64,000 nucleotides of DNA, from positions 6,287 through 70,286 of the IMG/VR virus record IMGVR_UViG_3300042286_000208; one strand, written 5' to 3'. This stretch comes from a virus. Taxonomy: Duplodnaviria; Heunggongvirae; Uroviricota; Caudoviricetes. The notes beneath the pieces are model-generated. The model made no database searches, was not told the origin of the DNA, and saw nothing but the letters and a program-made list of their open reading frames with translations. Position 1 is the first letter of the stretch, and each line of letters starts with the position of its first letter. The position numbers and the translations under genes are program-made. Shown one piece after another: positions 21,571 through 31,340 of the stretch.

Positions 21571-21747
21571 ATGTCTAAAAAATATAAAATATTTCATGAG
21601 GGAAACTTTGTTAAAGAAGAAGACTACGAGTATTTGATAAGTTGTTCTGAAGAGAATGCGACACTATTCAATGAAAAAGTAGCTGAATCAGTCATGGAGT
21701 TTCTAGGTGGAGATGCTAAAAAAATAAAAGAGGAGGAAAATAAATAA
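21571..21747 (+). CDS. Hypothetical protein (58 aa)
   Basis: Fills gap exactly, ATG to TAA; below track cutoff. Confidence 0.55.
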   Translation: MSKKYKIFHEGNFVKEEDYEYLISCSEENATLFNEKVAESVMEFLGGDAKKIKEEENK

Positions 21748-21823
21748 TGAGAGAATGGTTTTGGATCATTGTGCATTTAGTTGCATTGCTATTATTAATT
21801 GGATTAAGGAGAGAGAATAAATT

Positions 21824-22378
21824 ATGGAAAACTTTCTAGTTGTTTACGAAGATCTTTGGGGGAATAAATTTTCATTTAATACTAATAAAATCGGTGATAC
21901 GATACTAAGTATAATGAATGACTACGAACTCAATCTAGGTCAAGGTGTAGAAATAACAAAAGAAGATATCGAGATGCTTAATAACGATTTCCCATATCAT
22001 TTGTATAAAACAAATAAGATTGGTGATACTATATTGAGTATACTAAAAAGATTTAATTTAAAACTAGAGGAAGATCAAGAATTAGATATTGAAAGACTAA
22101 ACAGTGATTATCCTTTTGAAGCAGGAACATTTGGCCCAGGTTTCTACGACATGTATCTTTACGATAATGACGAGGATGGGGAACCAAATGGAAAAATTAT
22201 GATTTTCTATATTGGTGAAAAAGACTTAGAAGTTGACCTCGCTCAAACAAAGAACAAATTAAAAAAAGCTATTCGGTTGATGCTAGATATCGAAACACTT
22301 CCATACACGAAAAAATATATTATGGATAGTCTAGAACTATCGGAAGAGGAATATAATTCTATTGTTGGGGAAGAATAA
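21824..22378 (+). CDS. Hypothetical protein with internal tandem duplication
   Basis: TNKIGDTILSI...LNxDxP repeated twice. Confidence 0.75.
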   Translation: MENFLVVYEDLWGNKFSFNTNKIGDTILSIMNDYELNLGQGVEITKEDIEMLNNDFPYHLYKTNKIGDTILSILKRFNLKLEEDQELDIERLNSDYPFEAGTFGPGFYDMYLYDNDEDGEPNGKIMIFYIGEKDLEVDLAQTKNKLKKAIRLMLDIETLPYTKKYIMDSLELSEEEYNSIVGEE

Positions 22379-22380
22379 GT

Positions 22381-22710
22381 ATGAAACTAAAAGTTGATAT
22401 CAATGTAGGAGGAAAACCTAAGCATATTGTAGAGATAGTTAAAAATGTTAACATGAGAGAGAACATTCTATCGATCAGAAAAAGAGGAAAAGAAAAAACC
22501 TATGTTTTGATTGAAATTGAAGTCGATGGATGTGAGCCGGAGACAAACTATGCTTTCATATGTGACGATGATGACTTCATCTATGCTTGTTCTGAGAAAA
22601 AACTAGCTGGAGCAATAGTCGAATTAAACTGGCTACATGAAGATGAGTATAGAGTCATAAATAAGAAAAACACAACTCTAACAATTAAGGAGAATACAGA
22701 TGGCGAATAA
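22381..22710 (+). CDS. Hypothetical protein
   Basis: 109-aa ORF in tight operon. Confidence 0.7.
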   Translation: MKLKVDINVGGKPKHIVEIVKNVNMRENILSIRKRGKEKTYVLIEIEVDGCEPETNYAFICDDDDFIYACSEKKLAGAIVELNWLHEDEYRVINKKNTTLTIKENTDGE

Positions 22711-23095
22711 GGATATTGTGATAAAAAGATTTAGTGAGGAATCAGTGAATCTGATTAAAAATGAGAAAAATATAAGCATCTATGTATGGAAAGAAGCTAT
22801 TATGCCATGGCATGAGGTCGAAGAGTTTATTGAACTAATAAAACTAAATAATATCGATGTAATCTATTTCGATGATAAAGAAAATTATCTCAATAAACCT
22901 CAGTGGGTCATAGTTGATAAAGACAATAATTATTGGACAGGAAGTTATGCCCAACATCCATTTGGTGGTAGGGCTAGACTATTTCTTCAATTCAAAAGTT
23001 ATGCAAAAAAATACTTTTCTAAAGAGATTGCTGAGAGATCCGCAAAAAAAATGGCCAATGGCAGAGAAGGAAAATACTTTGTCATATCCGCATAA
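22700..23095 (+). CDS. Hypothetical protein
   Basis: AAGGAG SD, 131 aa. Confidence 0.7.
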   Translation: MANKDIVIKRFSEESVNLIKNEKNISIYVWKEAIMPWHEVEEFIELIKLNNIDVIYFDDKENYLNKPQWVIVDKDNNYWTGSYAQHPFGGRARLFLQFKSYAKKYFSKEIAERSAKKMANGREGKYFVISA

Positions 23096-23096
23096 C

Positions 23097-23282
23097 ATGA
23101 AGAAAACAGACTGTAAACACTATCAAGAAGTAGTTGAAGGGTATCGTCGCCAAACAGGTGACGATACTTTCACTATCGAGCCTGAATTAATAGATGAGGT
23201 TTGTCATCTGGATCCAAATAACCCAAAACATCATAATGAATATGAATGTGAGGGGTGCCCATTTTATGAACAAAGAAAGTAG
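23097..23282 (+). CDS. Hypothetical Cys-rich protein
   Basis: ATG right after previous stop; CKHY...CH...CEGCPFY. Confidence 0.6.
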   Translation: MKKTDCKHYQEVVEGYRRQTGDDTFTIEPELIDEVCHLDPNNPKHHNEYECEGCPFYEQRK

Positions 23283-23290
23283 GTGTTCCG

Positions 23291-23839
23291 ATGAAAGAAC
23301 ATAATAAAAAAAGACTAAAATTTATAATTTTATGGTCAGTGATATTTGCGTTAGTGGTGGGGCTCTTGCCATGGTTAATTACCAGAGAGACTTCACTGTT
23401 TTACATAATACCTTTCGGTTTTATTTTTATACTTATTCTTCTTTTGTCGACATTAATGTATGAAACTCCAACCTATCCCGAAAGAAAGAGAAAAGAAAGC
23501 GAGTTCTATGTTCCTCATTTAGATAACATGGGAACACATATAAGAGAAAGAGCAGAAGAGATGTTAAAAAGGATCCATCCACTGATAAAATTAACAGACG
23601 AATGGGTATATGGTGATGTAGTTATAGAGATGCCTGCACATATCACCGGCAGTGGATTAACACAAGTTCATCACAGAAGATATAGGATTACTTTTGATAC
23701 ATATTATAAAAAAGTCAAATTTGATCTTTATAATGGAGACATGGATCCAAGACTTATATTATGTTTATCGTATATAATGGTAGGTTTAGGATGGATCACT
23801 AATATAGACAGTGAAGACTTCAATAATATAATAAAATAA
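23291..23839 (+). CDS. Hypothetical membrane protein (2 N-terminal TM)
   Basis: Hydrophobic N-terminus, 182 aa. Confidence 0.75.
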   Translation: MKEHNKKRLKFIILWSVIFALVVGLLPWLITRETSLFYIIPFGFIFILILLLSTLMYETPTYPERKRKESEFYVPHLDNMGTHIRERAEEMLKRIHPLIKLTDEWVYGDVVIEMPAHITGSGLTQVHHRRYRITFDTYYKKVKFDLYNGDMDPRLILCLSYIMVGLGWITNIDSEDFNNIIK

Positions 23840-23862
23840 AATCCATTTTTATTTAAATAAAA

Positions 23863-23874
23863 TATATATTATAA
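23863..23874 (+). promoter_or_regulatory. Putative early promoter motif
   Basis: TATATATTATAA. Confidence 0.45.
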
Positions 23875-24022
23875 TAGTGTAGTGAAAGTAGAGGTGATTC
23901 CATGAACGAAGCTCCTGTAACACCATCTAAAGGAGATGGAACTAAGACTTGATAAGTCACAAGTTGATCAGTTTTACAAAAAGGAACATATTTAACAGTT
24001 CCTTTTTTTTGGTTAAACCCTT

Positions 24023-24038
24023 TGAATAATTAATTATA
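24023..24038 (+). promoter_or_regulatory. Putative late/middle promoter motif
   Basis: Exact 16-mer, heads nrdJ operon. Confidence 0.75.
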
Positions 24039-24105
24039 TGGAACATATTATTTTGACATAATATGTTTATTATAAATCTAAAAATAAAAACACGGAGGTT
24101 TTGAG

Positions 24106-24681
24106 ATGAATTACAACATAAAACAGAGCTTTAAGCACACTGATTTACAGGTTGGAGATTTAATGTATGATGCATTAAATGATGTTATGGTTAGAGTTGC
24201 TTATATAGGTAGCGTTGTTAGACAAAAAGTAAAAGAATTAAAGATATCAGGGATGTTAGATATCTCATCAAAAACAACTGAAGTTGAAATAAGACAATAT
24301 GTTTTTGAAGATATGGAAGATAAAATTATTTTTATGATTAATGTTATCGGTAAAGACGGTTTGTTACCACAATTAGAAAATGGAAAACCTAGATTTAGAC
24401 ACTTGATGAGATCAATCGAACCAACGATAATTTGGCCTTCGAATCCACTTCCACTACAACCACAGCCAAATCCTATTTATCCAGCATACCCATCGACACC
24501 TACATATCCAGATCCTAACTATCCTTATTGGACTTGGTGTTCAGATAAATCAGACTCAAGTGATTTAACCGGAACGGTAACGACACAAGGCATGGTGCAA
24601 ATGGATATTTTTGGTGGTGGATTAGATCTAAATACAAATATAAGCATTGATAATTTATCACAACTTGATGCAAAAAACTAA
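24106..24681 (+). CDS. Hypothetical protein with Pro/Tyr-rich segment
   Basis: GGAGG SD; PIYPAYPSTPTYPDPNYP. Confidence 0.75.
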   Translation: MNYNIKQSFKHTDLQVGDLMYDALNDVMVRVAYIGSVVRQKVKELKISGMLDISSKTTEVEIRQYVFEDMEDKIIFMINVIGKDGLLPQLENGKPRFRHLMRSIEPTIIWPSNPLPLQPQPNPIYPAYPSTPTYPDPNYPYWTWCSDKSDSSDLTGTVTTQGMVQMDIFGGGLDLNTNISIDNLSQLDAKN

Positions 24682-24700
24682 GAAAGAGAGAAAATAATAG

Positions 24701-25744
24701 ATGAAGGTAATCAAAAGAAACGGAAAAGTAGAAGCATTTGACATCAGAAAGATTGCTGATGCACTATACAGAGTGTATCGTGAAACAGGGGATAGAACCA
24801 AAACAAAAAAAGTATGTAAAGAACAAGCAAAAGAAATATCTGTAAAATATTTAGAGAATAATGTAGATATTGATATAGAATCTATTCAAGACGATGTAGA
24901 AAATTACTTGATGGAAAATAAAGAATTTACTGCGGCTAGAGCATATATTAAATACCGTGAAAAACAAAAAGCCGATAGAGAAAATCCATGGTCTGACAAC
25001 GATGAAAGACAGGATTTAATCTTAGGTAAGTATTTAATCAAGGGAGAAACAAAGAGAGATTTCTTAAAAAGAATTTCTTTTGGTAATTCAAAATTAGAAA
25101 AGATATTCAGACATAGAGAAGGTATTTGGGGAGGTCGTAACCTTTATGCGATTGGCAGAGAAGGCAACATCACAGGATCTAATTGTTATGTTGCAACAGA
25201 TCCACAAGATTCTCTAGAAGATATTTATAGAGCAGATTTTGAAATTGCTCGTACCTACTCCTATGGTGGTGGACAAGGTATGAACTTGTCTAATATTCGA
25301 CCTAAAGGAGCTAAAGTAAATAATAGTTCAAACACAACACCGGGTGTTATGGTGTTTGCTGAGAAATACTCACACACAACACTTAATACTCAACAAGAAA
25401 GTAGACGTGGTGCATTGATGTTGGTTATGAACATTGATCACCCTGATGTTATTGACTTTATTACATCTAAGTTGGATCTTAATAAGATTAATGGTGCTAA
25501 TATTAGTTTAGCGATCACAGATGATTTTATGAAGGCATATAATGCTGATGAATTATGGACAATGACATTTGAAACAAAATACGAAACTATTAAGAAAACT
25601 ATGAAAGCTAGGGACTTAATGTCACTTGTTTCATATGCCGCTCATACAATGGGAGACCCTGGTGTGATATTTATAGATAGAATGAACGATTATCATCTAT
25701 TATCAGAATATGAAGATGTCGTATTCAGTGCAACAAATCCATGT
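24701..25744 (+). CDS. nrdJ: Class II ribonucleotide reductase, exon 1 (with ATP cone)
   Basis: MKVIKRNG ATP cone, GGGQGMNLS, RRGALM; ends at TNPC. Confidence 0.9.
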
Positions 25745-26669
25745 AAACAAACCCGCTGCATGGCATAAAAGAAATTTTATGAAATAATCGTTAGTGAATT
25801 GCTGGAAAACTCTTATATTAAATAAGAACAATCAGCAGCCAAGCTCTTCAAATAAGAGAAGGTTCAGAGATTAAAACGTAATAAAAATAAAAATATGAAA
25901 TTAGAAAGGATCTAATAATATGAAAAGTTCAGAGTTAAAAGGATATTTAACAGGACTAATACTTGGTGATGGTACTATCGATAAAGGTACAACAAAAAGA
26001 GCATTCAGAATAAAATCTATAAATTTTGATTTTATAGATAAAATAGAAAAGGATTTAAAAGATACAACAAATTGAGATATATTTGTAAAAGAATTTCAAG
26101 CCACAAATAAAGATGGGGTAAATAGAAAAGCATACAAGGAACTTGTTATTAAAGCAAATCCTTATTTTGCAAAAATATATCATTTCTTTTATGATGATTA
26201 TAAAAGAAGAGTGATATCTGAAAAGGCATTAAATTGGTTAAATCCAGAAGGGTTAGCTAATTGGTTTATGTCAGATGGATATATTACTCTAGTTGGAAAA
26301 ACAAAAGGTATTATAAAAGATAGAAGAGTTGAAATTAGTACAGATCGATATAAAAAAGAAGATCTATTAAAAATACAAAATTATTTTAAAACTAATTATG
26401 GATGAGATACTAGTATAATTGATAGAAAAAGAGGAAATCAATACAGAATTAGAATTTCACTATTATCAGCTCAACATTTTTTAACAATGATAGAACCTTA
26501 TGTTACAGAATCTTTTAAACATAAATTAAACTTGGCTTATGAAAATAAACCATACTGAATGACAGAAGAGTATTACCAAGTTATGTTACGAAGCGCTAAC
26601 CCCTTAACGGAATCTAATTAAGATAGACGAAGGTGAAGATATAATCCGATTGTGTTATAATAAACACAG
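25745..26669 (+). mobile_element. Group I intron 1 in nrdJ (925 nt) with homing endonuclease
   Basis: P1 CCATGT/GCATGG with U.G splice pair; GAATTGCTGGAAA, AATCAGCAGCCAAG, GTTCAGAGATTA and AAGATATAATCC core elements; terminal G. Confidence 0.9.
25920..26621 (+). CDS. Intron-encoded LAGLIDADG homing endonuclease (233 aa, 3 TGA=Trp)
   Basis: YLTGLILGDG and GLANWFMSDG motifs; open only if TGA=Trp. Confidence 0.85.
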
Positions 26670-26690
26670 GGCGAACAACCATTAATGGCT
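26670..26690 (+). CDS. nrdJ: nrdJ micro-exon 2 (21 nt, GEQPLMA)
   Basis: Restores TNPC-GEQPL-MANGS-CNLGS catalytic loop with canonical spacing. Confidence 0.9.
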
Positions 26691-26951
26691 TAACCAAACA
26701 CTTAAAAAGTGTAGGCCCTTCATGTAGTAATATATGAAGAAAACCCTTTGAATTGCTGGAAAATCTTACCAAGTAATGTTGAAGACAATCAGCAGCCAAG
26801 CCTCAATAAGAGGAAGGTTCAACGACTATCTCGAAAGAGAGTAGGGTCAAGTGACTCGAAGCGGAGGGAATCCTATTAAGGATTATGATATAGTCTGTTC
26901 TATATGGAAACATATAGAGATAAGAATAACGAACTTATCGCAACAATAAAG
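26691..26951 (+). mobile_element. Group I intron 2 in nrdJ (261 nt, no ORF)
   Basis: P1 GGCT/GGCC with U.G; GAATTGCTGGAAA, AATCAGCAGCCAAG, GTTCAACGACTA and GATATAGTC; terminal G. Confidence 0.9.
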
Positions 26952-28079
26952 AATGGAAGTTGTAATTTAGGAAGTATTAATTTTAATGCTTTTGTCAGAG
27001 AACCATTCACTGACAGGGCATATTTTGACTACGATCGATTTGAAAAAGTAGTCATGGAAATGACATGGGGATTAGACGAACTATTAACTATGTTAGGAGA
27101 CAGACATGCTCTTCAAGCACAAGTACAACATGTGCATGATTGGAGAGAAATAGGGCTCGGAATTATGGGCTTGGCCGACCTTGCTTTAAGCATGAAGCTT
27201 GGGTATGGAACACCAGAGTTTATTGCAGAAACACATAAAATTATGTCTTTCATGGCAAACAAAGCTGCTCAAGCGAGTGCTTTAAGAGCAAAAGAACTTG
27301 GTGTATTCCCACGATATAGCTTTGATAAGGTATCTAAATCTAGATTCTATCAAGAGGTATACACAGAAGAAACAAAAGATATGATTGAGAATTTCGGATT
27401 AAGAAACTCAAGATTGTTAAGTGTTGCACCAACTGGTTCTATTAGTAACATTTTAGGAGTTAGTGGGGGTGTTGAACCGTTTTTCATGTTGTCGTATAAT
27501 AGAACAATTAAATCTATGTTCGAAACAGAAAGAACAATTGAAGTTGTTGAAAAAACTCCGGCTAAACTTATGAAGGAAATGGGCGTCGAACATACATCTG
27601 AATTACCAGAATGGGCTAAAGTAACATCTCAAAATATTGACTTCCAAGACAGAGCTATTGTTCAATCAACAATTCAAAAATATGTAGACACAGCAATTAG
27701 TTCAACATTCAACCTTCACAATTCAGCTACAACTAAAGATGTAGAAAACATCTATACAACAGGTTGGGGTCTTGGGTTTAAAGGAGCAACTGTCTTTAGA
27801 GATAACTGTAAAAAGATTGGTATCTTAACAGGCGGTGGAGAATCATTTGATAAAAATCCCGCACCAAAACCAGGTTTTGAAATTCAAGAAGAGTGGTTCA
27901 ATAAGAAAACAAAAGAAATGAAGCGTTATATCACCTACATTACTGTTGATGATACAGATTATGTAGCTGAGAAAATTGAACGCGAAATGTGTCCTGTTTG
28001 TGGTGAACATCTTGTTAAACAAGGTGGTTGTACTAAATGTAGTAGTCCAGAATGTTACTATGAAAAATGTGCTATTTAA
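26952..28079 (+). CDS. nrdJ: Class II ribonucleotide reductase, exon 3
   Basis: NGSCNLGSINF, REIGLGIMGLAD, SVAPTGSIS, KGATVFRD, C-terminal Cys cluster. Confidence 0.9.
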   Translation, partial: NGSCNLGSINFNAFVREPFTDRAYFDYDRFEKVVMEMTWGLDELLTMLGDRHALQAQVQHVHDWREIGLGIMGLADLALSMKLGYGTPEFIAETHKIMSFMANKAAQASALRAKELGVFPRYSFDKVSKSRFYQEVYTEETKDMIENFGLRNSRLLSVAPTGSISNILGVSGGVEPFFMLSYNRTIKSMFETERTIEVVEKTPAKLMKEMGVEHTSELPEWAKVTSQNIDFQDRAIVQSTIQKYVDTAISSTFNLHNSATTKDVENIYTTGWGLGFKGATVFRDNCKKIGILTGGGESFDKNPAPKPGFEIQEEWFNKKTKEMKRYITYITVDDTDYVAEKIEREMCPVCGEHLVKQGGCTKCSSPECYYEKCAI

Positions 28080-28092
28080 TTAAGGTGTAAAC

Positions 28093-28392
28093 ATGGATAA
28101 ACAAAAGATTATAGAATTGAGTAAAGAAAAGACAATAGCCCTTGATTTTTACGCAGATTGATGTTCTTCATGTGTGATTATAAAACCGTGAGTAGAAGAA
28201 GCAGCGCAAGAATCAGGTGTTGAAACGCTATACATCAATATAGATGAATATGACAAAGATCAATTAAAGTCTAATTTTGGTGTTATAGCAATACCTAATA
28301 TTCAATTCTGACGAGATGGTAAAAAAGTAGATTTTTCCGTTGGAAAATTGCCTAAAGAAAAAATATTCGACAAATTTAACAAATATAAATAG
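28093..28392 (+). CDS. trxA: Thioredoxin (99 aa, 3 TGA=Trp)
   Basis: DFYAD(TGA)CSSC = WCxxC; AIPNI cis-Pro loop; next to nrdJ; missing from track. Confidence 0.9.
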
Positions 28393-28401
28393 AAAAGTTA
28401 C

Positions 28402-28434
28402 TAAAAGATGTGGATAATCTTTCACATCTTTTTA
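28402..28434 (+). terminator. Intrinsic terminator
   Basis: AAAAGATGTG/CACATCTTTT stem plus T run. Confidence 0.75.
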
Positions 28435-28458
28435 GTTTAACAAGGAAGGAGGGTCATC

Positions 28459-29175
28459 ATGAATGATCAATTAATAATCCTGTTCGTCTTAGCTTTTATG
28501 ATAATTGTTTCAACACAATTCGGTTACTATAGAAAGGTGTTTAAAATGATATTATTTGAGGATAGGATCGATTTATCTTTGGACAAGCCATTATTAGTCA
28601 GAGATTATAAAAAGCTATTTAAGAGAGAATTTGAGCCTTATTTGATGAACATGACAACAAGAATAAATGAGGATATATTCCTTAAATTTACTAAATTTTG
28701 CAAAGCTTTGGAGATGCTGGATTATAAACAACCTTCCTCATTCCACATTGTTTTTGTAAACAAAGTTGATGGTTACATTCGTGACTCTGAGAGCGAATTG
28801 TATGAGCTTATAGTTAAAAAAGATTTCATACCTTTTACAACCAGAGACTCAGAGAAAATAGAAATTATTGATAGAATAATGGATCTAAAATACAGAAAGA
28901 TTGAAGAATTTAATATTGAAGGAGTTATCAATATAAACAAAAAAAGCTACTTTTTGAGTAATTTAACATCAATATCCAGTTATGAGAATGTTATAAATAA
29001 CAGAACTTATTCGGATTTGGTTTTTAATTTTGGTCTAACAACAGAGACGTTACGATTTAATGACTTTAAAGAATCTTTTGACTATCTATTTAATAGTGAT
29101 AAATCTGATATAAGACTAATACAAAAAATAGCAAACGGCTCATTGATAAACTTTTCAAAAGGAGGAGATAAATAA
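28459..29175 (+). CDS. N-terminally anchored membrane protein
   Basis: Single N-terminal hydrophobic helix, 238 aa. Confidence 0.75.
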   Translation: MNDQLIILFVLAFMIIVSTQFGYYRKVFKMILFEDRIDLSLDKPLLVRDYKKLFKREFEPYLMNMTTRINEDIFLKFTKFCKALEMLDYKQPSSFHIVFVNKVDGYIRDSESELYELIVKKDFIPFTTRDSEKIEIIDRIMDLKYRKIEEFNIEGVININKKSYFLSNLTSISSYENVINNRTYSDLVFNFGLTTETLRFNDFKESFDYLFNSDKSDIRLIQKIANGSLINFSKGGDK

Positions 29176-29975
29176 TGTTGATACTATATATTATATTTTT
29201 TATAATGTTCTTAGACCTACTGTATCTGGCACATAACTTGAACTTAATTAAAAAAGTATACCTATCGCATAAAATGGCTCACATGGAAAAGTACTCTAAC
29301 AATGGAAAGTTTAATGAAGCTTATAATTTAGTGTCAGATCCATCGGATGATAAAACGTTTCATTTAAGACCTATTTTAGATACAGATGATGAAAAAATAA
29401 GAATGGTTTTATTTATGAACAACGTAAATTCCATTACATTAACAGCTGATCAGAGGTTGGCTTTTGACTTAAACTTAACATCAAAAGATCATATCTCTTA
29501 TTATTTTGTAACAGACAACTATAATGTTTCTGGTGGGCAAACCATAACCCAAAATATAATGACTAATAATTTCCCTAAGTTGTATGAAAATGACACAAGT
29601 CGCTATAATACTTTAAATTTAAAAGAATTAGGGTATACGTTAGATGTAAAGATAAAAACTGATGACATAGTCTGTATGATTTTTAATGGATCTATAAGAA
29701 CTTTAATAATAATAACAAATGACAGATATCAATCAGGATACTATATTAAATATAAAAGTAAAAAGGAAATGATATCAACTATAAAGGGAACATCTCTTTA
29801 CGCTCACATGATGCAGTGAGGTATCCCTGGATTTTCAGATGCTATGTTAACCTATATTGAGAATAGTAATACTGATTCAAATTCTGAAGACTCCTATAAG
29901 AGTATAGCAAAAGATATTATGAGCAGATTTCCTCAGGGAACGAGTACATATGTTGAAGAAAGGATATTAGAATAA
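29175..29975 (+). CDS. N-terminally anchored membrane protein (266 aa, 1 TGA=Trp)
   Basis: Read-through of TGA 29817 reaches TAA that overlaps next ATG. Confidence 0.75.
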
Positions 29976-30652
29976 TGGAAAAAATTAAAGAAATTATAAA
30001 CGAATTCATTTCTATCGATAACAACCTAATACTTCCTTTCACGATAGTAATTGCTCTTGTGTTTTTGCTTATTATATTTAATTATACGTGGACGTATAAA
30101 ACAAGACTCATGACAAAAATACTACAGTCACATGGTTTTGTAAATGAAAATGAAGAAGATTTCAACTCCCCACATTTTCACAACGTTGATTCATTAAGCG
30201 GGTCTTATGATATATCAAGAGATATACCGATAATACCGACAGAATGAGATAAAAAACATTTCCTTTTTATACCAACAAGCAAGATCAATACATTAGAGAA
30301 AAAAGGTCGTAAATTAACTCTATATTATAATGGTTACAGCTCCAGTGGAATTGTATTTAAAGTAAAAAAAATAAATAAAGGTTGAAAGAAGAGAGTAGTA
30401 TCCAAAGAGAAGATAACTAATTATAATGGAACCTTTATAATGTCAAATATGCTAGTTAAAACTATCAACCTCACATCGCTAGATATAAACCTAAAAGACA
30501 AAAAAGAAGCTGAATTAAAGTATCTTTTTGATAATGGTTCTATTAGAACACTAAGAATATCTAAAGAAGATTTCTTCACTGATATACTATACAAGGACAT
30601 CCCATATAACATTGCTTTTCTAAAACAATGTGAGGTTATCGAGCTATATTAG
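29975..30652 (+). CDS. N-terminally anchored membrane protein (225 aa, 2 TGA=Trp)
   Basis: Track ORFs 29975 and 30440 in frame via TGAs. Confidence 0.75.
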
Positions 30653-30725
30653 TTTATATATTATAAGAATAACAATCAGGTTATAATCAAATGGTATAAT
30701 TTTCGTTTTTTTACTTAAAACGCAC

Positions 30726-30741
30726 CGAATAATTAATTATA
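30726..30741 (+). promoter_or_regulatory. Putative late/middle promoter motif (CGAATAATTAATTATA variant)
   Basis: 15/16 match; heads recA operon. Confidence 0.7.
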
Positions 30742-30771
30742 ACATAAGAAAGGCATCGAAAGGTGAATAAC

Positions 30772-31065
30772 ATGTCAAACGAAACAATGCAAGATCAATG
30801 GGTAGTTATGGAAAACTTTAAAATATATGATAATGGACTGTGGGAAGTTAAAGACCCAACTAATCCGTTGTCGGAATTGGTTGAAGTTTCTAAATTAAAG
30901 TATCTTGGATTAGAAAAGGATGTCCATATATATTTATGTGAAGAACCTCCTGTTGAAGCAACTAGGTTAAGAGCAGAGATGCCTGAACTAGAAGATGATA
31001 ACCACTTATACATGGGTGTAGGGGTTGATGATGTTAATAAAAATGCTATGGTATGGCCATATTAA
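30772..31065 (+). CDS. Hypothetical protein
   Basis: AAGGTG SD, ATG 30772. Confidence 0.7.
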   Translation: MSNETMQDQWVVMENFKIYDNGLWEVKDPTNPLSELVEVSKLKYLGLEKDVHIYLCEEPPVEATRLRAEMPELEDDNHLYMGVGVDDVNKNAMVWPY

Positions 31066-31077
31066 GGAGAAAATCAA

Positions 31078-31323
31078 ATGGAAAAAGATTTATTCGAAAA
31101 ATTAAAAGAAATCCATGAGGTTAGTGAGTACACTAATATAAAGAGATGAGATAAAAAAACTTTAGACGCTGTTCAATCTAAAATATTAACATGAGCGGTG
31201 CTAAACATAGGCGGTCAAGAAGCCGCTAAAATTCTATTGGCTATTGATAAAATAGTAGAAGAAATGAAAAATGAACGTCTAAGGTCTGATGAAATCAAAT
31301 CGACCTATAATGAAGAAAAATAA
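31078..31323 (+). CDS. Hypothetical protein (81 aa, 2 TGA=Trp)
   Basis: AAGGAG SD; fills gap to recA only with TGA read-through. Confidence 0.65.
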
Positions 31324-31340
31324 AAAGGAGGAATTTCATA

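Noticed and set aside
26904-26951. Track start METYRDKNNELIATIK for the second nrdJ ORF
   Set aside because: This is intron 2 sequence; the spliced exon begins at 26952
28159-28161. TGA as Gly (code 25) or selenocysteine
   Set aside because: TGA falls at invariant Trp positions (WCxxC, YWH, HVWE), not Gly or Cys positions
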